A stretch of 62,658 nucleotides of DNA from a virus (IMGVR_UViG_3300020201_000019:1-62658); one strand, 5' to 3'; shown: positions 19,358 to 28,963, counted from the first letter of the stretch. A program made the numbers and translations. Notes: generated from the letters alone by a model not told the origin.

Positions 19358-21034
19358 TTAATCTGGCTCAGAAAATGGATCCATTACGTCGATAAAACTT
19401 TTGCGCTTCTCTTTCTCACGCCCGCCGGAGAATGCGTGTATATCGCTATTAAGTAGTATCTTCTTTGACGTCTTACAGGCGCGATACTTATCATTTACAA
19501 GATTTACATCAACATAGTGGTCGTGTATCTTCAGCAGGCCGAGAGCAGTTTCGGGCATAAAGGCTCGAATCTTTGACCACTGCATGGTACAAACTTTAGT
19601 ATCAATATCGCGTAAGCCTAAGCAGCAACAAGCATGTAAGCTTTCTGCAAAGCTTTTACCGCCCTGTGAGTCATAATGGCTGATAAATCGGCTAGATGGA
19701 TATGACTTAATGTCGCCGGCGGCTAACTGGTGCGCGATTAGTAACGTACAATTAAACTCATCAGCCACGTGGCGGCGTAACTCATCTGGTAGTTGCTTGA
19801 TATAGCGCCACAATTGATCATCAGATGATATACCGATCATCCTATCAATCATGCGGCCGGCGTAGTCGATAACAACGAAACCGATTTCGCAATTACGCTC
19901 CTCAGAAACGCGCTTAAGGACCTCAGCCAGCTCTTCTGGCCCGCCATCACCGCGAGCGCCAGCTCCACCACTATGTGCGAAGTCTAGGAATACAAAATGT
20001 TTATTGTACCACTCGGCTATACCGCCCCAGCGTTCACGTTCTCCGAGAAAAATTTTCCCGTTCTGATTGATAGGTAACGAAAACTCATAATCTTTTAGCG
20101 TCTTTGCGTCGGAGAATGCTGCCCAGAACTTAGACAGATCAGCGTCTACGCCTTTTGTGTCAAATAATCGCCGTTCGATCTGTGCGGCGGCGGACCAACA
20201 AAGATGTCGCATTTTCTCTGCACCATCCTCGAAGCATACGTATACAGCAATTTTATTCTGGTCGGTTAACGCGTAATTTTCAGCAACACGTACAGCCGCG
20301 GATATGCCCATTGTTGTCTTGCCGCCACCAAATGGTGCTAGCAATCCGATTAAATCCTTTGGCCGTAGACCGCCGATATATGGATCGATCCAATCTACGC
20401 CAGTTGGCTCTGGCGTCGGGGGCAATGCAATCTCAGAGCCGAATACGGGCAATGCCGCGGCATTGTCCAGTACCTCACCAACGTGTTTAATCTTTTGCGA
20501 CTGGCGACAAAATCCATCAAGTAACTTAGCTATATCCTGCGGAGCTGTGTTCGCGGTTCTATTGAGTATTGATTGTAGTGAATGTTTAATAAGCCGTGTA
20601 TTTAGAAACCGGCGTAAAATAGATTCTACATGGTGCTTTTCGGCGGCTATCTGCTCTTGTGAAATTTCCGTGGTATCAAATACCTCAGCAATAAAGCCAG
20701 ACGTACCAGCATCGTCTTTGCCGAAAATGAATTCTACTTCCTCGGGTAGGAGGTGCGCGTAGCCGCCGACAATAAGACTCGCAATATCGTGCGTTAGCAT
20801 GGCCTTGGACCACGTACCGTGCTCTGCGTGCAGCTTGCACATTGACGCGTAAATCACCTCGTACGCTTTCTCACCAGGCGCGTGCGAGAAGTGCGATGCC
20901 TGTAGCCCAGCCCGATGCGCCTCTGTAAATAGCCGATTGTACCGGATTAACCCGCGGATCATTGCTGAGATATCTGGATACGTGATCGGCACATCTGCGA
21001 TAATGGCTGTGGTATCGTCTTCGAAGTTACTCAT
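19358..21034 (-). CDS. dnaB: Replicative DnaB-like (SF4) helicase
   Basis: Walker A APFGGGKT, CFED, VVIDYAG, IAHQL; adjacent to primase. Confidence 0.85.
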   Translation of the reverse strand: MSNFEDDTTAIIADVPITYPDISAMIRGLIRYNRLFTEAHRAGLQASHFSHAPGEKAYEVIYASMCKLHAEHGTWSKAMLTHDIASLIVGGYAHLLPEEVEFIFGKDDAGTSGFIAEVFDTTEISQEQIAAEKHHVESILRRFLNTRLIKHSLQSILNRTANTAPQDIAKLLDGFCRQSQKIKHVGEVLDNAAALPVFGSEIALPPTPEPTGVDWIDPYIGGLRPKDLIGLLAPFGGGKTTMGISAAVRVAENYALTDQNKIAVYVCFEDGAEKMRHLCWSAAAQIERRLFDTKGVDADLSKFWAAFSDAKTLKDYEFSLPINQNGKIFLGERERWGGIAEWYNKHFVFLDFAHSGGAGARGDGGPEELAEVLKRVSEERNCEIGFVVIDYAGRMIDRMIGISSDDQLWRYIKQLPDELRRHVADEFNCTLLIAHQLAAGDIKSYPSSRFISHYDSQGGKSFAESLHACCCLGLRDIDTKVCTMQWSKIRAFMPETALGLLKIHDHYVDVNLVNDKYRACKTSKKILLNSDIHAFSGGREKEKRKSFIDVMDPFSEPD

Positions 21035-21779
21035 ATTTAGTCCAATAAGTCCTTATTGCTTTTACTACTTCTATTAATTGATTCGAGATTAGCCACGCCG
21101 GTAGGTAGACCGGAATTACGCCCTCGTATAGTCGCTGTTTTGCCTCAAACTCTAGGGCCGCGGGCCTTAAATATTTAGTTATGACCTCTGGTACATTGAG
21201 CACGTTCGCGAAACCTTGCCGTAAGAATGGCGTGGCGGCGACGTGACTCTCATCCGACAACACGCACAGAAACTGATCGGCTTCTGGTATCTTTAGTTTT
21301 TGCACGCTACGTAGCCGTAACGTGATTGCCCGCCCAGCTGCGTTATAGGCGTCAGTAGTTATCTGCGGGAAATTACTGCAGTACTCTTGATGAATTCCCT
21401 CAGATGCCGATGAGCATAAATTTGATGGCGATATATCCGGCAAATCAAATGAACCTTTGCCGCTGATAAACTTGGCGTAGCCACACGGCGAAAAATGTGC
21501 GGCGATCCAAATACCCGGGTCAGCTCCGACAGACCTAATCATGCGAGTTACACGCGGCCATACGGACGTAAATTTCACGCCATATGAGTCTGTACCTCCA
21601 TCCCATTTTGGATTCTTGCTTGTCTGTGCCGCGCTACTTCTGCTAACTGCGCCCGTGTGTCGCCAGATATATGCATGCCGCGTATACGCGGTTATTTGCT
21701 TATCTGATAATGCGCTATGCCAGTCAGCGGACAACAATGAATCAACTATCGGTATCTCGCCAGCTTCTTTGTGCGGCAT
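21027..21779 (-). CDS. Hypothetical protein in replication operon (possible helicase loader)
   Basis: 250-aa ORF coupled between the two helicases; function from context only. Confidence 0.6.
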   Translation of the reverse strand: MPHKEAGEIPIVDSLLSADWHSALSDKQITAYTRHAYIWRHTGAVSRSSAAQTSKNPKWDGGTDSYGVKFTSVWPRVTRMIRSVGADPGIWIAAHFSPCGYAKFISGKGSFDLPDISPSNLCSSASEGIHQEYCSNFPQITTDAYNAAGRAITLRLRSVQKLKIPEADQFLCVLSDESHVAATPFLRQGFANVLNVPEVITKYLRPAALEFEAKQRLYEGVIPVYLPAWLISNQLIEVVKAIRTYWTKYE

Positions 21780-23280
21780 TCCAATTCTGCTCCCATCCTA
21801 AAAGTTTATATGAATTACGCCGACCCATACTCTTACGGTAAAATGTCGAGTCGAACGTGTCCATGCAGTCGATCACTTCGCCAAATTCTTTTTTAGTGCC
21901 ATCTGGCGCAACATATATCCGACTCACGCGGCCTGGGCCTTGTACGTCAATAATATCACTATCTCGGTCATCGGCGCGGACGAGAACACTTAATTGCTCG
22001 AAGTCGACGCCAGTTGACCACACGTCTGTGGCTATTACCCGCCGCAATGATCCGGACTCAAACTGACTGCGAAATTGATGCTTTTGCTGGTCATTGAGCG
22101 GTTTGTAACCGGCTGGTAATAGTCCACGTTTTCTGTATTTCTCGCAATCAGTTGGGGACATGCTGGAGTATACGAGCGTGAATTCTGGTAATAACGATCC
22201 TAGATATACAGCATGCTCAATTGTCTCGACAAGGATTAATATTTGATGCGTGTCCGGATACGCTCGAACAGCTTCAGCGATCATAGTGTTGCGGTCGTGA
22301 TTCGTCCAGATGCCAAATCGTTTTCTAGCGACGCGATTTGTATAGCGTTCTGCGGGATTAAACGACATACGCACCGGAATCCACGTTACACGGATAGGTA
22401 CAACTAAACCTAGCTCCACTGCTTCTTGATAATTAAGCTCAAAAATCATTGGACCAAATAGCGGCTCGAGGACTGCGTGCGCATTATCCATACGGGAATA
22501 TGGCGTCGCGCTGAATCCGAAGTTACGGCTATGCCTATATCGTTGAGCTAATAATGTTGAGAAGTTAATGGTAGCGAGTTGATGCACTTCGTCACAGAAT
22601 AAGAAGTCCGCATCGCCATCAGAGTGGGCAAGGCTTCCAGCAGTGATAACTGTCACACGCTCCCACTGCTTTACCCCATCGCCGACCATACCAATTTTGG
22701 GTATGAATCGCTTTAGTGACTTGACGATACGCTCAGCAACATCGACAGATTTGGTGACGATATGTATCTTGGCGTCAGGAAATAATAGGGCAGCAGCGCC
22801 AAGAAGTGTAGTCTTCCCGAACCCAGTAATAGCTTTGATTATGCCGCATGGCGCTTTACTGATGCGCTGTAAACATTCTTCTTGCCGCGATCTAAATGAA
22901 ATACGACCAGCAAGGTTCGCCCACTTTGGCGTTAATGCGTCGGGGCGCTCTCGAGTGGGCGTTGTGTCCCGCATAGATATGCGGCAACCCATTTTCTTTA
23001 ACTTCGAGATAAGTCGCGCGAGATAGCCTGACATGCATGTAATCTGTCCGTGCTCATAGCGGAATAATTTGTATTCTGTAGTCTGATAATATTGGCGCTG
23101 ACCGGTTATGGGATTCTTGCGGCCGGGGCCTGTAACCTGCTCCACATGCTGATAGCGCATATCCGCTGTTATCTCATTAACCGTAGGCAGCTCGAGCGGC
23201 ATGTTATCTGTACGACTAATCGTCAATAAGTTACCGCACCTGGTCACTAAGATATCTGGATGTTGTTTTTCATTCGGCAT
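21742..23280 (-). CDS. Superfamily 2 DExH helicase (UvsW/XPB-like)
   Basis: TGFGKT, DEVH, SATP, TGVD and QGPGRVSR motifs; start MPNEK overlaps the stop of the RAMP-like gene. Confidence 0.88.
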   Translation of the reverse strand: MPNEKQHPDILVTRCGNLLTISRTDNMPLELPTVNEITADMRYQHVEQVTGPGRKNPITGQRQYYQTTEYKLFRYEHGQITCMSGYLARLISKLKKMGCRISMRDTTPTRERPDALTPKWANLAGRISFRSRQEECLQRISKAPCGIIKAITGFGKTTLLGAAALLFPDAKIHIVTKSVDVAERIVKSLKRFIPKIGMVGDGVKQWERVTVITAGSLAHSDGDADFLFCDEVHQLATINFSTLLAQRYRHSRNFGFSATPYSRMDNAHAVLEPLFGPMIFELNYQEAVELGLVVPIRVTWIPVRMSFNPAERYTNRVARKRFGIWTNHDRNTMIAEAVRAYPDTHQILILVETIEHAVYLGSLLPEFTLVYSSMSPTDCEKYRKRGLLPAGYKPLNDQQKHQFRSQFESGSLRRVIATDVWSTGVDFEQLSVLVRADDRDSDIIDVQGPGRVSRIYVAPDGTKKEFGEVIDCMDTFDSTFYRKSMGRRNSYKLLGWEQNWNAAQRSWRDTDS

Positions 23281-23767
23281 TTGCAGTGCCGCCTCTAATT
23301 GCTGTGACTGATATGATTTCAAATGTGCCATATTGCTCTGTGTCTGTGTTAAATGGCGAAAACCCTTTGTATTTTCCGACTATACTCAATAAGTCTTCAA
23401 ATTCCTGTAAAGAAATTTCATCTGGTATTACAGCTGATATTAGAATTTCTGCTCCGGGTGGAAACGCCTCATGTACAGCATAATGTACGCGTACACCGTC
23501 GATATTCTTGTTGACTATGGTGCGTCGCCAATCGTTTCGCGGTGTACCCTCTATGATAGGGCACCAGTCTATTTTCTGTACAGAGCTGTGGTGCCGGTTA
23601 GCTAACTTAGCGGCATACCGCACGACGCCAGACCAGGCTGACGGCATAAACATTATGCGGCCAGCTGGATCTCTATCAAATGCGAAGATTACCTGCGAAT
23701 GTTTACGCCGTTTAGCCGCACCTAGACATTCCCTGTTGAATCTCAGACGTATTACTACCTCTTGCAC
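23270..23767 (-). CDS. Minimal RAMP (Cas7/Csm3-like) protein
   Basis: N-terminal strand VIRLRF...LG; RDPAGRIMFMPSAWSGVVR (cf. RD..G.P.IPGSSLKG.LR); HEAFPPGAEI (cf. E....G..F); C-terminal GKYKGFSPF...YGTFEI (cf. Gly-rich loop G..RS.GYG.F.V). Confidence 0.62.
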   Translation of the reverse strand: MQEVVIRLRFNRECLGAAKRRKHSQVIFAFDRDPAGRIMFMPSAWSGVVRYAAKLANRHHSSVQKIDWCPIIEGTPRNDWRRTIVNKNIDGVRVHYAVHEAFPPGAEILISAVIPDEISLQEFEDLLSIVGKYKGFSPFNTDTEQYGTFEIISVTAIRGGTANAE

Positions 23768-23774
23768 AATAACC

Positions 23775-24704
23775 TCATATCATGTGCTGAACAAATGCGA
23801 CTCGTTCTGTATCGAGCTTAAAGAAATCTTTTGGAGAGAATATACGATCGCGCAGGCCGTGGCGCTGCACCAACGTATCTAACCAATTTAAGCGTAAATA
23901 ATGTATGAATGCTTGTGATGCGCGTAGATCACCTTTAGGGCCACCACCCGCATTACGCCAGATACGCCATAAGAAATTTTGCGGCAAATCGTAATTTATG
24001 TCTGCAGGGTTGGATGTTTTCCACGTACGCAGTACAGTCGCGCAACGTAGATCTCGGCCACCACGTACCAGTTTAGTCGGGTCAGACACGCGTTTTTGCG
24101 TCTTCGGAGTTAGTCCGAGGAATAACGCTAACTTAGATGTACGATCCGGCATTCGTCGATCTACATACCAACGCGGATCAATAATAGTAGTGAGCAGCAT
24201 GGCGGCATCTTGCTCAGAACAATTACCGATAAAGCTAAGTGCTGAATGTGCCGGATGTACGCTGTAAAAAGCCTTAGCTGAGTCGTCAAACCAGTCACCC
24301 GAACGTTTTACTTTAGCTATCAGTGCGTGTGTAATATAATCAGCATCTGTAATGGGATGCCAGCCGCCGCAAGCTGCTGGCAACATTGTCGATCGCATAC
24401 GCATTAAAGTCGTATACGGGTCGAGAAGCTCGAGTGGGGTGTCGCATATATTTGGGCCGGCTATAGCGATTGATGCTAACTCTTTTTGCCGTTTGCGCAA
24501 ATAAAGGCAAGTAATCATTTCTGAATTTGCGTGTACGCCTATTATTCGCACATTGGTCGTCAACCGCAGTAGTGGCGATGACAATAAAAACGTATCAACT
24601 GATTGCTGCGAATTTTGTGGCGAGTCTATACCATTTGCGTACCACACTTGCCCGTCATTCGCGACATGAAGTTTGATTGAATTCTCGTCTGTTGCGTAAA
24701 ACAT
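23775..24704 (-). CDS. IS110/Nop-domain-like (Tas-like) protein without obvious DEDD RuvC domain
   Basis: HPAHSALSFIGNCSEQDAAMLLTTIIDPRWY...SKLALFLGLTP matches the IS110/Nop core L.sIpGiG...Aa.ll..i.D..rF....kl..y.GL.P; late helix RASQAFIHYLRLNW. Confidence 0.58.
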   Translation of the reverse strand: MFYATDENSIKLHVANDGQVWYANGIDSPQNSQQSVDTFLLSSPLLRLTTNVRIIGVHANSEMITCLYLRKRQKELASIAIAGPNICDTPLELLDPYTTLMRMRSTMLPAACGGWHPITDADYITHALIAKVKRSGDWFDDSAKAFYSVHPAHSALSFIGNCSEQDAAMLLTTIIDPRWYVDRRMPDRTSKLALFLGLTPKTQKRVSDPTKLVRGGRDLRCATVLRTWKTSNPADINYDLPQNFLWRIWRNAGGGPKGDLRASQAFIHYLRLNWLDTLVQRHGLRDRIFSPKDFFKLDTERVAFVQHMI

Positions 24705-24709
24705 ATACT

Positions 24710-26842
24710 CTATACGTCAAGCTCGACAGTTGATTCAAACAAATGAATCAGACTAGTCTCGTGTGTTACCAGTAAACATTGTAGCCCACGCGCCGTAGAA
24801 AGTTCTCGTAATTTCTCAAGTACCGGCGATAGCGCCTTAATTCGCTGCTGGTCGAGATACGCGGTTGGCTCGTCTAGTGCCAGCAGTCCGATCTCTTCTG
24901 CGAACAGCGCATTAACTGCTACACGGAATGCCAGCGCTAATACTGTTTTTTGGCCATAAGACAAACGCCTGGCTGGTTGCCGTCTACCATCGAAAAATTC
25001 TGCGGTAAATGACAGTGAGCCGTCATTTGCAGCTTTTATGAAAAAATCAACACCGAATACCTGTAATAATTCATTTATAGCTGCCTCTAACTTCTGTAAA
25101 TTACGCGCGGCTACTAGTCTCGGCGCGGATTTGAGCGCCTCTTTAGCCTTATCGGCAATTGAGGCCCAGGCGCGGTAGCGTTCAGCTATGACCTCAGCCG
25201 TCTGTGCGGCAGTATATTTAGCGTATAGCGCGTTACGCGCGAATACGCGTTCCGAGTGCTGTTGTTCATAATTTTTACGTTTAATATAGCCGGCTTTTAA
25301 CTCAACTAACGCTTCCTGCGCCGTATTGGCCACAGCGGCCGTCACACTAATGCTAGCAATTAGCGCTACAAGCTCACTGCGCTGCGCCTCCGTGGCGATA
25401 ACGACGCCGGCCAGTTCTGCTATCTTTTTCTGACTCTCGGCCAGGAGGGGCGCTATACCGGCCGCAGCGGCGTTAAAATTCTCGTAGTCAGTGACAATTT
25501 TGGCCGATGCGGCTTCACTGAGCGTGGGCTGTGTCGTACTTGATAAGGCGGACAGCGATGATGTTAACTGTGCAGCTTCTGTATCTATAGCAGTTCGATC
25601 GACTACCCAGGCAGCGTGGCTATTACTTAGGCCGACATATGCGTTTAATGTACCAACGCATATCGATAATTTTGCTGTTAGCTCAGTTACTTCGCGCTTA
25701 GCTAGGTCCACATTAGCTGCCAGATTGCTAGTGGGTGTATTACATGTTGGGCAGACTACTAGCTTCTTATCAGGTGAGAATGTAGCTAGAAAATTAGTGC
25801 GAGCTTTAAGCTCAGCTTTAATATCCCAGCTCTCTCTATCCAACTTGGCTATCTCTTCGATATTTATATTAGCTGGTTCGACTAATTTGCTACGCGAGTC
25901 GGCTAGATTACTCAGTTTATCTGTAACCTGCTTGAGCGCCGATGACACGCTGCGGTAAGTAGCCCAGTGCCCTATTGCTATTTTAGCCGAGGTATACATT
26001 TCTGGATCACTACACGCAGATAAAGATCGTAAGGTGCGCAGGTTAAGCTCCTGCTGCTGTTGCTCGTCGATGGCGCTAGTCAAATCAGATTGCTGGATAA
26101 TACAACGCCGCTCGAGTACTGCGAGGCCTGCTACGTGTTTCAGCCTATATTCCCAATCATTCACTAATTTTTGTTGCGTATGTTGAATAGCTAAAAAAGA
26201 ATCTAGTGATGGAAGTTTAGAGATTTCATCGCCGATAATGGCGATATCTTCATCCAGTATTTGGAGTTCGGCGGCTATTTGACTAGAAGGCTCAATGACC
26301 TCGGGAATTATTAGCTTATTTAAGTGTTTTGCAATTGTGTCTTGGCACTTATCTGCGATTGCGGTTCCAAATAATTTCTGGAAAAATCTATCAACTTCCT
26401 GCGCGCCGTCCTCAATGAACGCAAATAGCTCATTCTGCGCGACTAATACAAATCGCGCGATAAACTTGCAGTCAATACCTAACAATTTTTCTACATACGC
26501 AGTCACGGCTTTGTCGCCACGTGCGGCCTCGACGCCATTGAGCATCAGCGTCGATGGTTCTTTTTCTGGCAACAAGTATCGCGTGATTACGAGATTATGC
26601 CCGGTATGCTCGAACTCTAGTCGCACATATGCCGAGTCTTCTGCGTCATTAAGCTGCGATACATTTTCAGCTTTTACGCCGGTGTTAGGATTCTCGCCAG
26701 TTAGTGCCCAACAAATAGCGCCAAGAAGATTAGACTTACCAGAACCAATACGACCTATAATACCCACTAAACCCCGAGTAAAGTTACAGACTCGATGCTT
26801 GTGCTGGCACCAGTTTTTTACTTCCAGCTGTACCAATTGCAT
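24710..26842 (-). CDS. sbcC: SbcC/Rad50 (gp46-like) ATPase
   Basis: GRIGSGKS, Q-loop, coiled coil with central CPTC hook, LSYGQK signature, LDEPT, LVTH. Confidence 0.92.
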   Translation of the reverse strand: MQLVQLEVKNWCQHKHRVCNFTRGLVGIIGRIGSGKSNLLGAICWALTGENPNTGVKAENVSQLNDAEDSAYVRLEFEHTGHNLVITRYLLPEKEPSTLMLNGVEAARGDKAVTAYVEKLLGIDCKFIARFVLVAQNELFAFIEDGAQEVDRFFQKLFGTAIADKCQDTIAKHLNKLIIPEVIEPSSQIAAELQILDEDIAIIGDEISKLPSLDSFLAIQHTQQKLVNDWEYRLKHVAGLAVLERRCIIQQSDLTSAIDEQQQQELNLRTLRSLSACSDPEMYTSAKIAIGHWATYRSVSSALKQVTDKLSNLADSRSKLVEPANINIEEIAKLDRESWDIKAELKARTNFLATFSPDKKLVVCPTCNTPTSNLAANVDLAKREVTELTAKLSICVGTLNAYVGLSNSHAAWVVDRTAIDTEAAQLTSSLSALSSTTQPTLSEAASAKIVTDYENFNAAAAGIAPLLAESQKKIAELAGVVIATEAQRSELVALIASISVTAAVANTAQEALVELKAGYIKRKNYEQQHSERVFARNALYAKYTAAQTAEVIAERYRAWASIADKAKEALKSAPRLVAARNLQKLEAAINELLQVFGVDFFIKAANDGSLSFTAEFFDGRRQPARRLSYGQKTVLALAFRVAVNALFAEEIGLLALDEPTAYLDQQRIKALSPVLEKLRELSTARGLQCLLVTHETSLIHLFESTVELDV

Positions 26843-27962
26843 TATTCAATTCCTTAGACTTTTTGAATTGCTCGAACTGCGACTCTAATTCCATACTAGG
26901 ACTAGATGCAGTTGAGTCTACGAGCGCGGTAGCAAGATTTAACGCTTCCGGATGGCCAGCCAGCAACTCGCCGAGTGCCGTGGCCAAATCATTTTTAGTT
27001 ACTGTTCTATTGATCTCCTGATCTCCGCGTGTCTTATCGACAATTGCGTCGCAGAATAAGTGCGCGCTTTCGCCAATGGCGGTGGATATACGTAGATACG
27101 CATCAGGGATATTCTTATCGAATTTTACACGGACAAGTGGCTTACTGATGTTGACCGGTAATGTCGGATCATACATGCGCGTTATATGCGCGCCAAATAC
27201 TGATGCGCATAATTCGTCAAGTTCCGCCTGGGTGGCTACGACATAATTCGCCATTGGTCTGGTCTTGAGCGGCTGTAACTCGAAGCCTAACGTGCCGGCG
27301 CTGTCTGTAGTCACTAGATAAAAATGCTTCTCAGAACTTTCGCTTATATCTTGCATGCATGTTGAGCCAGCTGAAATTAGTGCGATGGGTTGGGCTTGCG
27401 CGTTTACTGAGTACTCAATTTTTGTGACATGAAAGTCACCACTAAGTACGCGCGTAACGTGGTGCACATCTGTTAATGTGCATTCTGGCCGCCCGATGTT
27501 CTTCATAAAATCTTTCCACACCTGATGGCAGACTAATATAGCTGTGTCTGGTGGTACTTGAGTGAAGGCCGCCTGAATATCGTTTCGCGGTAACCAATCG
27601 ATACCGTATAGTTTTACGCCATTAATTTCAAATGTCTTTTGGTTTACATTTTGCGGCCAAGGGTGCACACTCAACCAGCTCACATTTCGGTCTAATTCGT
27701 GCTGCCCTTGAATGTAGTATACGGGTAACTGCGCGTCTGCCATACGCTGCATGGCTTCATATAGCTCTCGGATTGGCTGAGCGGTATTACGCTTCACATC
27801 GAGTACATCGCCGCCAATTACGAGCGGTAGATGTTGCGCTACGCAATAATCAATAATTTGCTGTAGGCTGTAATAAGCATCACCATAAATATCGGGGCGA
27901 CTGGTCCACGCGCCGTCGGCAAGATGCAGATCAGCGCAAAAGACAAAAGTTGACTGAGACAC
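26784..27962 (-). CDS. sbcD: SbcD/Mre11 (gp47-like) metallophosphoesterase nuclease
   Basis: ADLH, GGDVLD, GQHE, CHQ and GDFH motifs; paired with sbcC. Confidence 0.9.
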   Translation of the reverse strand: MSQSTFVFCADLHLADGAWTSRPDIYGDAYYSLQQIIDYCVAQHLPLVIGGDVLDVKRNTAQPIRELYEAMQRMADAQLPVYYIQGQHELDRNVSWLSVHPWPQNVNQKTFEINGVKLYGIDWLPRNDIQAAFTQVPPDTAILVCHQVWKDFMKNIGRPECTLTDVHHVTRVLSGDFHVTKIEYSVNAQAQPIALISAGSTCMQDISESSEKHFYLVTTDSAGTLGFELQPLKTRPMANYVVATQAELDELCASVFGAHITRMYDPTLPVNISKPLVRVKFDKNIPDAYLRISTAIGESAHLFCDAIVDKTRGDQEINRTVTKNDLATALGELLAGHPEALNLATALVDSTASSPSMELESQFEQFKKSKELNNAIGTAGSKKLVPAQASSL

Positions 27963-27970
27963 AGGAGCTC

Positions 27971-28657
27971 CTAGTTAAAGAAATCTAGGTAATCGCCATC
28001 AATATTATCATCATCCAAATTATCTGTATACGCGTCGGAGTCATCGTGTGCGATGTCTTCATAATCTTCTGTCGCATTTTGTATGGCGGCAAATAGATTA
28101 AACATTTTACCGGGAAATATATCTTTTTGGTTATGCTGCGGTAGCTGCATATCAGCAATAAGTTTTAATGTGTTGTTCCAATCTTGCGGGCGGCCACTAC
28201 TCCAACCATCATGCGATTGTTCGCCGGTAATGGTGCTGATCGGCGCCTTTGTGGCTGCGTTAATTAGTTTGAAGAAAGATAAAGAAAATACGGCACCAAT
28301 GTCGGAAGGTGCCGGGCTCTTGCCGGTAAAGTTCAATCGTTTCTTCTTATTTTCTGGCAATATTCTACGCCCAATTACCGCAATAGCTGCATCAAATTGT
28401 TCGCGCATACCTATGAGTTCGCGAGCCATGGGTGTTAACCGGAATGGACACAATAACCCGTCAAAGGCCGCGAGCAATGTTAGTGCAGTATCGATACAAT
28501 CGTAGTTGCGGCGGATGGCCTTGCAGTACGCGCGGATGAATACTAATTCATCTAATGACATTTTTTTGGAGTCAAAAACTGGCATGCTGATACCGGGGGA
28601 TAAAGTGCGTGAGTACTTCGTGCTGAGCCTCGTCGTCAGCGATGTGATGTCGTGCAT
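27971..28657 (-). CDS. Hypothetical protein, acidic C-terminus
   Basis: ORF; true start possibly ATG at 28585. Confidence 0.65.
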   Translation of the reverse strand: MHDITSLTTRLSTKYSRTLSPGISMPVFDSKKMSLDELVFIRAYCKAIRRNYDCIDTALTLLAAFDGLLCPFRLTPMARELIGMREQFDAAIAVIGRRILPENKKKRLNFTGKSPAPSDIGAVFSLSFFKLINAATKAPISTITGEQSHDGWSSGRPQDWNNTLKLIADMQLPQHNQKDIFPGKMFNLFAAIQNATEDYEDIAHDDSDAYTDNLDDDNIDGDYLDFFN

Positions 28658-28814
28658 ACTCTAATGAGTAGACTTGGATAGACACCGGCTCTGCGCTCGG
28701 TCGGCCGCTGGCGCGGGTCATCCTGTGGCTGTCTGACCAATTGGCTCTGATTTTTTTAGTAGCTGTAGCGATTTGAGCAGGAGTAGGCTCATAGGACTTA
28801 AGTGATCGACGCAT
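28572..28814 (-). CDS. Small protein with PTPxxI...I.A.WS...R..R motif
   Basis: AAGGA RBS before MRRS; motif shared with 34249..34605. Confidence 0.6.
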   Translation of the reverse strand: MRRSLKSYEPTPAQIATATKKIRANWSDSHRMTRASGRPSAEPVSIQVYSLEYARHHIADDEAQHEVLTHFIPRYQHASF

Positions 28815-28835
28815 GGTTTCCTTACAAGAGTTAAA

Positions 28836-28862
28836 ACTATAGCAGAACTGGATATATGTCAA
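28836..28862 (-). promoter_or_regulatory. Sigma70-like promoter TTGACA-N15-TATAGT with extended -10 TG
   Basis: Minus strand TTGACAtatatccagttcTGcTATAGT; spacer shorter than canonical. Confidence 0.5.
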
Positions 28863-28886
28863 GTGGTTATCGCGGGGCTCAAATAA

Positions 28887-28957
28887 TTCGGGGGCTAGGA
28901 TTTGAACCTAGACAGAGGGGTCCAAAGGCCCTCGTGCTACCATTACACTACCCCCGA
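28887..28957 (-). tRNA. tRNA-Gln(UUG), no encoded CCA
   Basis: Cloverleaf TCGGGGG/CCCCCGA, D arm GTGT-AATGGTA-GCAC, loop CTTTGGA, T arm CTAGG-TTCAAAT-CCTAG; C31.C39 mismatch. Confidence 0.9.
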
Positions 28958-28963
28958 TTGTCG

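Noticed and set aside
15145-21034. Inteins or self-splicing introns in polymerase, primase or helicase (also checked terL)
   Set aside because: No splice-junction motifs or homing endonuclease insertions; conserved motifs are normally spaced
23775-24704. Active IS110 insertion sequence
   Set aside because: No DEDD domain, no catalytic serine loop and no non-coding ends
21742-26842. CRISPR, TIGR-like or other short-period guide array near the RAMP/Nop genes
   Set aside because: Flanks are fully coding with gaps under 10 bp; no regularly spaced repeats found by eye anywhere in the window. A computational scan could still find a subtle one.
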